From positions 27,745 through 91,744 of the forward strand of contig JBBRNM010000001.1 of assembly GCA_038230295.1 (NCBI GenBank): a stretch of 64,000 nucleotides of DNA, written 5' to 3'. This stretch comes from Candidatus Limnocylindrales bacterium. Lineage in GTDB: Bacteria; Chloroflexota; Limnocylindria; Limnocylindrales; CSP1-4. The translations under genes and the position numbers were made by a program. The notes beneath the pieces were generated by a model. It saw only the letters and a list, made by a program, of their open reading frames with translations. It searched no databases and was not told the DNA's origin. Positions 18,720 to 30,821 of this stretch are shown here, piece by piece; position 1 is the stretch's first letter, and each line of letters begins with the position of its first letter.

Positions 18720-19754
18720 GTGAGCGGGGACCAGGTCCCGGGTGACGTCGAGCGACCCGAGCGACCCGAGCGACCCGAGCGACCCGAGCGACCCGAGCGA
18801 CGGCGCGGTCCGGTCGTCGAGCCGCGGGCCGCCGCGACCGTCGTGCTGCTTCGCCCCGGCAGTCGCGGCCTGACCGTCCTCCTGACCCGGCGGACCGCGA
18901 CGCTCCGATTCGGCGGCGACATGTACGTCTTCCCGGGGGGACGCCTGGATCCGGAGGACGCCGACCACGCCGCCGCGGCGATCAGGGAGACCTTCGAGGA
19001 GACCGGGATTCGCCTCGACCCCGGCTCGCTGATCCCGATGAGCCGCTGGGTCACGCCGCCCGGCCTGCCGTCCCGCTACGACGCCCGGTTCTTCGCGGCA
19101 TTCGTGCCGGCCGGAACGGACGCCGTCGCCGGGTCCGCCGAGGTGGCGGACTGGCGGTGGCTGGGTCCCGCCGACGCCCTCGAGGCCGTCGCCGAGGGCG
19201 ATCTCGCCATGTGGCAGCCGACCCTCGTCACGCTCCAGCAGCTGGTCGGCCTCGAGGACCGGGCGGCCGTCGAGGTCGCATTCCGCGCGGGTGCGGGCGC
19301 GCTGGAGCCCTCGATCGAGCCGGTCGGCAGCGGCCTGATGCGGGTGAGCCAGCCGTGGGCGGCCGGGATCGTTGGTCGAGCCGAGCCGGGCTGGCTCGTC
19401 GGTCACGAGGAATGGGTCTTCGTGAACCCCTCCGACCCGACGGGCCTGACGTCGGATGCCGTTGTCGAGGCGGCCAGGGCAGCCGGCGCCCGGATCGCGG
19501 CCATCGCGATCACCGATCTCGAGCCCGTCCACCACGCCGGTGTCGAGATGTTCGCCGCCGGCCTGGCGCTGCCGGTGGTGGGCGGTCCCGGCGTCGGGCG
19601 ACTCGCGCCGTACCCCGTCTCGGAACTCGGGGATGGCGAGAGCGTGCCGTTCGGCGACGTTCGACTCGTCGCCCGGCTCGACGAACGACCCGACCGGCGA
19701 CCGGAGGCCGTGCGCTTCGTGGGCCCTGCCTGGGAGCTCCCGGGCTCCGGCTAA
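18720..19754 (+). CDS. NUDIX hydrolase with a C-terminal extension (degenerate MBL-like …AIAITDLEPVHHAG… segment)
   Basis: The Nudix box is GGRLDPEDADHAAAAIRETFEETGI. The GTG at 18720 gives an N-terminus containing the (ERP)5 repeat. No other ATG or GTG precedes the conserved AATVVLLRPG start region, so whether the repeat is translated is unresolved. Confidence 0.65.
   Translation: MSGDQVPGDVERPERPERPERPERPERRRGPVVEPRAAATVVLLRPGSRGLTVLLTRRTATLRFGGDMYVFPGGRLDPEDADHAAAAIRETFEETGIRLDPGSLIPMSRWVTPPGLPSRYDARFFAAFVPAGTDAVAGSAEVADWRWLGPADALEAVAEGDLAMWQPTLVTLQQLVGLEDRAAVEVAFRAGAGALEPSIEPVGSGLMRVSQPWAAGIVGRAEPGWLVGHEEWVFVNPSDPTGLTSDAVVEAARAAGARIAAIAITDLEPVHHAGVEMFAAGLALPVVGGPGVGRLAPYPVSELGDGESVPFGDVRLVARLDERPDRRPEAVRFVGPAWELPGSG
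18750..18801. repeat. 9-bp tandem repeat (gagcgaccc) x5 plus a partial copy, encoding (ERP)n
   Basis: Seen directly. It is located 35 nt after the YyaL stop, at or inside the 5' end of the NUDIX gene. Confidence 0.8.
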
Positions 19755-19930
19755 CCAGGCTTCGGCGTCCCTGCGTCCTCGGGGGCATCCGTGGATCGGA
19801 GGCGCTCGGCCTCGTGCCGCGCCTCGCGAACGCCGCGTCCCAGGATCGCTCCGATCTGGGGCAGCGTCTTGGGGCCGCGCCAGATGAGCGCGATGATCAG
19901 GATCACGATCAGGATCGCGAGGGTGTCCAA
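19751..19930 (-). CDS. tatA: twin-arginine translocase subunit TatA/E
   Basis: …LDTLAILIVILIIALIWRGPKTLPQIGAILGRGVREARHEA… matches the TatA TM-plus-amphipathic-helix pattern. The start is ambiguous: a TTG at 19930 gives a canonical N-terminus, while the track's longer GTG start at 19984 would overlap the HDAC gene. Confidence 0.6.
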   Translation of the reverse strand: MDTLAILIVILIIALIWRGPKTLPQIGAILGRGVREARHEAERLRSTDAPEDAGTPKPG

Positions 19931-19965
19931 TGCCGGCCGATGGTACTCCGGGTATCGTCCCTGAG

Positions 19966-21114
19966 ATGTCGATCGCCGGCCCACTCCTCGTGTTCGGACC
20001 CCGCTCCGGCACGTACGACTTCGGGCCGTCGCACCCGCTCACGCCGCGGCGGTTCGGGCCGGGAATCTCGCTCCTCGAGGCCCTCGGCGCCGTGCCCGGG
20101 CTCGCCCCCGAGCCCGCTCCCGATGACGTGCTGGAGTGGGTCCACGAGCCCGGCTACATCGCTCGCGTCAAGGCGTTCTCCACGAATCCCGCTGGCCCGC
20201 CGATGGCCGGCATCGGGCCGGGCGATACGCCGGCCTTCGCGGGGATGCACGACGCGGCCGCGGCGGTCGCCGGCGGATCCGTGGTGGCCATGGAGGCGAT
20301 CCTCCGCGGCGACGTGGAACACGCCTTCCATCCGGGTGGCGGACTGCACCACGCGATGCCGGCCCGAGCGTCGGGCTTCTGCGTCTACAACGATCCCGCG
20401 CTCGCCATCGCGCGGGCCCGCCGTGACGGCCTCCGGGTGCTCTACATCGACCTGGATGTGCATCATGGCGACGGCGTCCAGGCCATCCACTGGAACGATC
20501 CCGGTGTCATGACGGTCTCGATCCACGAAACCGGCCTGAGCCTGTTTCCGGGCACCGGATTCGCGGACGAGCGGGGCGGACCGGACGCCGTCGGTTCAAA
20601 GCTGAACCTGCCCCTCGAGGCCGGAACCGGTGAGCGCGGCTGGCTCGGGGCGCTCGAGGCGGTGCTCCCGGCCCTGGCGGAGGTGTTCCAGCCCGAGATC
20701 GTCGTTTCCCAGCACGGCGCCGACGCCCACGCCTGGGATCCGCTGGCGCACCTCAACGTCACGACGACGGCCATGGGCCAGGCGGCCCGACTCGTCGATG
20801 ACCTCGCCCACCGCTGGGCCGGCGGTCGCTGGCTGGCGACCGGCGGCGGGGGCTACGAGATCTACCGCGTGGTGCCGCGGGCGTGGGCACTGGTCTGGCT
20901 CGCGGCAGCCCACGCCGCGGTTCCGCCCGCGCTGCCCGAGGCCTGGCGCCGCGCGTGGGCGGCCGACTCGGCTCGCGCCGGCGGGCCTCCACTCCCGACG
21001 ACCTTCACCGATCCTCCGAACGCCGGTCTCGAGGTCGGTCCGTGGCAGGCCCAGGCGGATCGAGGCGCCATCGAGACTGCGGAGGGGCTTCTCGCCGGAA
21101 TCGGCCGGGCATAG
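19966..21114 (+). CDS. histone deacetylase-family protein (AcuC/acetoin utilisation/acetylpolyamine amidohydrolase-like)
   Basis: HDAC motifs GGGLHHAMPARASGFCVYND and LYIDLDVHHGDGVQ are present. Start chosen at the internal M (MSIAGPLLVFGP…YDFGPSHPL). Confidence 0.82.
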   Translation: MSIAGPLLVFGPRSGTYDFGPSHPLTPRRFGPGISLLEALGAVPGLAPEPAPDDVLEWVHEPGYIARVKAFSTNPAGPPMAGIGPGDTPAFAGMHDAAAAVAGGSVVAMEAILRGDVEHAFHPGGGLHHAMPARASGFCVYNDPALAIARARRDGLRVLYIDLDVHHGDGVQAIHWNDPGVMTVSIHETGLSLFPGTGFADERGGPDAVGSKLNLPLEAGTGERGWLGALEAVLPALAEVFQPEIVVSQHGADAHAWDPLAHLNVTTTAMGQAARLVDDLAHRWAGGRWLATGGGGYEIYRVVPRAWALVWLAAAHAAVPPALPEAWRRAWAADSARAGGPPLPTTFTDPPNAGLEVGPWQAQADRGAIETAEGLLAGIGRA

Positions 21115-21119
21115 CCGAT

Positions 21120-21142
21120 CGCCCGGGTTGGGGACCCGGGCG
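21120..21142. terminator. GC-rich hairpin (8-bp stem CGCCCGGG / CCCGGGCG, 7-nt loop) between convergent HDAC and DoxX genes. It is probably a bidirectional terminator.
   Basis: Seen directly 6 nt after the HDAC stop. No U-tract is present, which is common in high-GC actinobacteria. Confidence 0.4.
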
Positions 21143-21201
21143 CTCGGCTGAGCGGGCGAGACGGGCGTCGGTGCAGGGCGACTCGCCGCGATTGGCTTGA
21201 C

Positions 21202-22008
21202 TCAGGCGCTGATGGGTCGCGTGACCGGGGGTGGCGCGACCGGGGGTGGCGCGACCGGGGGTGGCGCGATGGGGGCCGTCACGTCCGGGTGGACGTCGAC
21301 CCTCGCCTTCCAGGGGACGCCGAGGCGCGGGAGGAGGAAGCGGTCGAGGCCGTAGAAGCCGGCGACGCGCCAGGCGAGGATGAGCCCGATCGCGAGGATG
21401 AACAGGACCGGGTTGGTGGAGGCGGAGCCGGCGAGCATGAACGACATGTTCATCAGCGCCCCGAAGAACGCGGCGACTCCGACGAGCCCACCGACGAGGA
21501 GCCCGACGCCGACCGCGATCTCACCGAACGTGATCACGTACGCGAACCAGCTCCAGGCGTGGTTGGCGAGGAGGGTATTCAGGAAGTCCTGGTACCAGAC
21601 GAACGTGATCGGCGTCTTACCACTCGGAGCCACGGTGACGGCGGAGGTCCAGAAGCCCTTGAGGACCGCGCCGCCATCCAGCCAGCCGGGGCTGCTGAAC
21701 TTGTGGATGCCAGCCTCGAGCCAGGAGAAGCCGACGAAGATCCGGATCGGGAGCCAGAACAAGCCGGCTCGCGTGTTGCTGAAGAGGTAGCGCGTGAACG
21801 CGGGCCCCTCGACCTCGACGACCTGGGCGGCCGGAGCCTTGCGGTCCTCGAACATCCCGGCGACCACGAGGACGGAGAGGGTCCAGAACCCGAACGTGAG
21901 AAATGGGAGAATTGCATCCGATGGCGTGACCCACGGGTTCTCCATGTAGATGAGGATCGAGGCGGCGATGATCGCCAGCGGCGTCACGAACCTGCGCAGC
22001 GTGGACAT
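21202..22008 (-). CDS. DoxX-family membrane protein
   Basis: Four TM helices with DoxX-like spacing. The C-terminal tail is PPPVAPPPVAPPPV. Start taken at M9 (MSTLRRF…); the longer ORF would begin at 22032. Confidence 0.65.
   Translation of the reverse strand: MSTLRRFVTPLAIIAASILIYMENPWVTPSDAILPFLTFGFWTLSVLVVAGMFEDRKAPAAQVVEVEGPAFTRYLFSNTRAGLFWLPIRIFVGFSWLEAGIHKFSSPGWLDGGAVLKGFWTSAVTVAPSGKTPITFVWYQDFLNTLLANHAWSWFAYVITFGEIAVGVGLLVGGLVGVAAFFGALMNMSFMLAGSASTNPVLFILAIGLILAWRVAGFYGLDRFLLPRLGVPWKARVDVHPDVTAPIAPPPVAPPPVAPPPVTRPISA
21223..21267. repeat. 15-bp tandem repeat (gaccgggggtggcgc) x3 with a degenerate 4th copy, encoding (APPPV)3 at the DoxX C-terminus
   Basis: Seen directly. Confidence 0.8.
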
Positions 22009-22130
22009 GATTGGCTTCCTATCCCTTCCCACATTGTGCCGCCGTGATCAGTTCCGGCGCGGCACCGACACCTCTGTCGCTGATCCGCTGTCCCCAGACT
22101 GATCCTCGGGGTGCCGTCGGAACAGGGCCA

Positions 22131-26811
<4,681 letters not shown>

Positions 26812-26819
<8 letters not shown>

Positions 26820-27690
26820 AGGCGACACCCTCGCCCGGATCGCGGTGGGACTCCGGCCCCACCTGGCCGGTCGGACGGTCCTCGCGGCGCGGGCTCGGCT
26901 GCCCGGCCCGCAGGTATCGCGCGTGGTGGGCCAGCGAATCGACGCCGTCGAGGCGGTCGGCAAGAACCTCCTGATCCGCTTCGCCAACGGCCTCGAGCTC
27001 CGGACCCACCTCGGCCTCCACGGCAGCTGGCACCGCTACCGGCCCGGCGAGACGTGGCGCCGGCCGGCATCCCGAGCCGTGCTCATCCTCGAGGTCCCGG
27101 GCGCCGTGGCCGTCTGCTTCGATGCGCCGGTCGTCGAGCTCTTCGAAGCCCGCGCCGAGGTCGTCCATCACACCCTCGGCGATCTGGGCCCCGACCTCCT
27201 CGATGCCAAGTTCGATGCCGCCGAGGCCCATCGCCGGGCCCGCGCTCCCGAGCGCGCCGAGACGGCGATTGGCGAGGTCCTCCTCGACCAGCGGGCGATG
27301 GCCGGGATCGGCAACGTCTACAAGAGCGAGGTCCTCTTCCTCGAGAAGGTCGACCCGTTCGCGCCGATGCGCTCGATCGACGACGAGCCGCTCGATCGCA
27401 CGATCGAGACCGCCCGGCGGCTCCTGCTCGACAATGCCCGGCCTGGCGCGCCCGCGGGGCGGACCACGACGCTCGATCCGCGAACGGGCGTGCGGCTCGC
27501 TCCGTCCCGACTCTGGGTCTACGACCGGGCCGGCCGGCCCTGCCATCGCTGCGGCACGCTGCTGCGCTCGGGACCGCAGGGTGCGGAGCTGCCTCGAACG
27601 ACGTACTGGTGCCCGACCTGCCAGGCGCCAGCCGGCGCGGCGCGAGGCTCGCGCGGGTCGGGCGGCAAGGTCGCCACGAAGCGTTCCTGA
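26812..27690 (+). CDS. nei: Fpg/Nei-family DNA glycosylase (endonuclease VIII-like, Nei2-type) with a C4 zinc finger
   Basis: N-terminus MAEGDTLAR…, H2TH region …GIGNVYKSEVLF… and the C-terminal zinc finger CHRCG…CPTC. Residue 2 is Ala rather than the canonical Pro. Confidence 0.85.
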
Positions 27691-27699
27691 CCCAGCACG

Positions 27700-28425
27700 G
27701 TGTGTGAGCAGTTCGTCGCCCGCGCGGCGGAGCCATTCCGAATCGACGAGCTGTGGCCCTTCACCGAGCGGCTCGAGCGGTACGGGATCGCCGGCTTCGG
27801 CTGGGGCGCGGCCTGGCTGGGCGCCGACATCGCGATCGCATCCCATCGCGATGTCCGGGCATTCCGCGACGATCCCGCCGGGGAGACGATCGGCCTGATC
27901 GAGACGACGGCGCTGCTCGTCCACCTCCGCCGGCCCTCGCGCCTCTCCACGATCGGGCTCGCCGATACGCAGCCGTTCGACGATCCAGTCGGCCGCTACG
28001 CCTTCAGCCACAACGGCGACTTCGAGCGTCACACCGACCTGCGGGCCGGCTTCCGGGCCGATGGCCGCATCAACGGCCGGGCCGACACCGAGGTCGGCGC
28101 GCGCTGGCTCGAGGATCACTGGGATCCGATGGCAGCCGTGCCGTGGACCCTCGAGACACTGCACGACACCCTGGGCGGTCTCGCGAATCTCGCGGTCCTG
28201 ACGCGGAGCGGCGAGGTCTGGCACTACGCCGGGAACCACGACAACCCGGTCTTCACGTTCCAGCTCGGCCGGATCTCGGTCGCCGCAACCGGGCTGTACT
28301 CGCTCGATCATTCGCTCTTCCGTTTCGTCGCGCCGGGAGCCACCGAGCGCCGCCTCGTCCCACTTCGAGCGACCGCAGCCTTGCTGGGGCCGGAACGCTT
28401 GGGATCGGTCGTCACAACCCTTTGA
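27700..28425 (+). CDS. class II (Ntn-type) glutamine amidotransferase domain protein (YafJ/EgtC-like)
   Basis: GTG start giving MCEQF…, so Cys2 would be the Ntn nucleophile after Met removal. It is 241 aa. Confidence 0.7.
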   Translation: MCEQFVARAAEPFRIDELWPFTERLERYGIAGFGWGAAWLGADIAIASHRDVRAFRDDPAGETIGLIETTALLVHLRRPSRLSTIGLADTQPFDDPVGRYAFSHNGDFERHTDLRAGFRADGRINGRADTEVGARWLEDHWDPMAAVPWTLETLHDTLGGLANLAVLTRSGEVWHYAGNHDNPVFTFQLGRISVAATGLYSLDHSLFRFVAPGATERRLVPLRATAALLGPERLGSVVTTL

Positions 28426-28486
28426 CATTCGCGTCTCCTCGGCGCACGGTGCCTCGCAGGGGGACCGGCGTCTGGGAGGGCGAGGG

Positions 28487-29875
28487 ATGGGCGAGGCAGG
28501 CGGTTCTGCCATTGGAGAGGCGCGCCCGGGCGCCCTCGCGGACCACTCGGACGAGGACGCGGCTCGGCCCACGGAGCGGCTCCCGCTCCGCGAGCTCGTC
28601 CAGATCTCGGTCTACTGGCTCGGCATCAACGCGATCATGGGTGGCGTCGGCATTGCGATCCAGGAGCGGGTGCCGGGGATGGTCCCCGCGGGCGAGAAGG
28701 GGACGTTCCTCGCGCTCCAGGGGTTCGCGATCCTCGCGGTGAACATCCTGGTCCAGCCGACGATCGGCATGATCAGCGACTACACGCAGAGTCGCTGGGG
28801 CCGCCGGAAGCCGTACATCGCGATCGGCGCGACCCTCGACGTGGTCTTCATCATCGGCCTTGCAACCGCGAACCAGTACTTCGTGCTCGTGGCGTTCCTC
28901 GTGCTGCTGCAGTTCAGCTCGAACTTCGCGCAGGGACCGTTCCAGGGCTATGTCCCGGACCTCGTGCCCGAGGAGCAGGTCGGGCTCGCGAGTGCCATGG
29001 TCGGGGCGATGCAGACGGTCGGCTACATCGCCGGCGGGATCGTCGTGTCCCTCGCCTACATCCTGAGCGACCCGCCGGACTACACGATCCCGACGATCGC
29101 CCTCGGCATCATCGAGTTCCTGACCGCCATGGGCACGATCCTGTGGGTTCGCGAAGGTGGGGCGCCGCGTGACCGACACGGCCGCTCGTGGCTCCAGATC
29201 GCCAAGTCGGCGTGGGCGCTCGATGTCCTCCAGGAGCGGAGCTTCGTCTTCCTGGTGCTCTCGCGCCTCATGTTCTTCGCCGGGATCAACGCGCTCCTGG
29301 CCTGGTTCATCATCTTCTTCAACCAGACGCTGCTGCTCACGACCGGCGACAAGGGCGTCGTCGTGCCCGTGACCCAGATCATCGTGGCCCTCGTCACGGT
29401 GGTCGCGACGTTCCCATCGGCCCGGATCTCCGATCGGATCGGCCGCAAGCCCGTCATCTATGCTGCGTGCGCGATCGGCGGGCTCGGCCTCGGGATCGCG
29501 GCGCTGGCGCCGAACGTCGTCGTTTTCCTCGTCGGGGCCGTGCTCCTCGGCGCGGCGTCCGGGACGTTCCTCGCGGTCGACTGGGCCCTGATGACCGACA
29601 TCATCCCGAAGGCCGCGTCGGGCCGCTACATGGGCATCAGCAACATCGCCGTCGCGGCTGCGGGCACGCTCGCCGGCGTCCTCGTCGGGCCGATCATCGA
29701 CATCGTCGGCGGCAAGGCCCAGACGCCTGACGGCCCGAGGGTCGCCTGGCTCGTCGCGGTCGCGTTCTTCGCGCTGTCGGCGCTGTTCCTGCGGCGTGTC
29801 GATCCGACGCCGCGCGTGCAACGAAGGGCGGCCGAGGCGCGAGCCGAAGCGGAGAGGCTCGCCGCGACCGCCTGA
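28487..29875 (+). CDS. MFS transporter
   Basis: Hydropathy pattern of 12-14 TM helices, 462 aa. Confidence 0.75.
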   Translation: MGEAGGSAIGEARPGALADHSDEDAARPTERLPLRELVQISVYWLGINAIMGGVGIAIQERVPGMVPAGEKGTFLALQGFAILAVNILVQPTIGMISDYTQSRWGRRKPYIAIGATLDVVFIIGLATANQYFVLVAFLVLLQFSSNFAQGPFQGYVPDLVPEEQVGLASAMVGAMQTVGYIAGGIVVSLAYILSDPPDYTIPTIALGIIEFLTAMGTILWVREGGAPRDRHGRSWLQIAKSAWALDVLQERSFVFLVLSRLMFFAGINALLAWFIIFFNQTLLLTTGDKGVVVPVTQIIVALVTVVATFPSARISDRIGRKPVIYAACAIGGLGLGIAALAPNVVVFLVGAVLLGAASGTFLAVDWALMTDIIPKAASGRYMGISNIAVAAAGTLAGVLVGPIIDIVGGKAQTPDGPRVAWLVAVAFFALSALFLRRVDPTPRVQRRAAEARAEAERLAATA

Positions 29876-29982
29876 AGGACCACGGCGACCGCCTGACGGG
29901 ACCGCCGCGACCGGCCGACAGCCCGCCGCTCCCGCTCCGTGCCGTATCCTCCGCAGATCGCGGCAGGAGGGGCATCGACGGC

Positions 29983-30819
29983 GTGAGCGACGGCACGGTC
30001 ATGGTCATCGGCGGAGCCGAGGACAAGATCCGCGACCGCGTCATCCTGAGCCGCTTCGTCTCCCTGGCCGGCGGCCCCGACGCGATCATCGCCGTGATCT
30101 CGACGGCATCGTCGCTGGGCTTCGAGGCGGGTGAGCGCTATCGAGCCGTCTTCACCGAGCTCGGGGCCAAGACGGTCCGACCGCTGCACGCGATCACGCG
30201 GGCCCAGGCGAACGACGAGACCTTCGCCCGCGCGCTCGGCGACGCGACCGGCATCTTCCTCACCGGTGGGAACCAGCTTCGCCTGTCCTCGACAATCGGG
30301 GGGACGATCCTCGCGGACGCCGTGATCGAGCGATTCCACGACGGTGCGGTCGTCGCCGGCACGTCGGCCGGCGCCTCGGCGATGTCGAGCCACATGATCG
30401 CGTTCGGGGCCTCGGGGGGCACACCGAAGATCCGGATGGCGGCCCTGGCGGCGGGCCTCGGGCTGCTGCCGAGCGTGATCATCGACCAGCACTTCCAGCA
30501 GCGGAATCGGCTCGGCCGGCTCCTCTCGGTGATCGCCCAGAACCCGAGCCTGCTCGGCCTCGGGGTCGACGAGGACACGGCCGGGGTCGTGGGACCCGAC
30601 GCGATCATGGAGGTGATCGGGCGGGGGAGCATCACGGTCGTCGACGGCGCCGCCGCCGAGACGGACGCCTGGAACATCCACGGCCACCGCCCGCTCATGA
30701 TCAGCAACGTGGTCCTCCATGCCCTCCCGGCCGGCTACCGCTTCGACCTCCGGCGGCGCCACCGGATCGCCAACCCGGGCCTGAAAGCGATCCAGGGCGG
30801 CGAGGCCGCGTCGAGCTGA
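29983..30819 (+). CDS. cphB: cyanophycinase (peptidase S51)
   Basis: N-terminus VMVIGGAEDK and the nucleophile elbow GTSAGAS are present. GTG start with a GGAGG SD. Confidence 0.85.
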   Translation: MSDGTVMVIGGAEDKIRDRVILSRFVSLAGGPDAIIAVISTASSLGFEAGERYRAVFTELGAKTVRPLHAITRAQANDETFARALGDATGIFLTGGNQLRLSSTIGGTILADAVIERFHDGAVVAGTSAGASAMSSHMIAFGASGGTPKIRMAALAAGLGLLPSVIIDQHFQQRNRLGRLLSVIAQNPSLLGLGVDEDTAGVVGPDAIMEVIGRGSITVVDGAAAETDAWNIHGHRPLMISNVVLHALPAGYRFDLRRRHRIANPGLKAIQGGEAASS

Positions 30820-30821
30820 CG

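Noticed and set aside
18750-18801. CRISPR-like array (short tandem repeats)
   Set aside because: The units are 9 bp, directly abutting, with no spacers and no cas genes. It is a simple microsatellite-like coding repeat.
17249-19054. 601-aa minus-strand ORF antisense to the YyaL gene, and similar long antisense ORFs (11129-13192 antisense to ku/ligD; 23643-26987 antisense to lhr; 26740-28572; 31548-33506 and 31904-33175 antisense to cphA; 52132-54189; 5960-7414 antisense to the allantoinase-family amidohydrolase)
   Set aside because: They are Arg/Pro/Gly-rich with low-complexity translations and no recognisable motifs. Each fully overlaps a gene with a clear homology signature on the other strand. 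This is the typical stop-codon-poor antisense frame of ~72% GC DNA.
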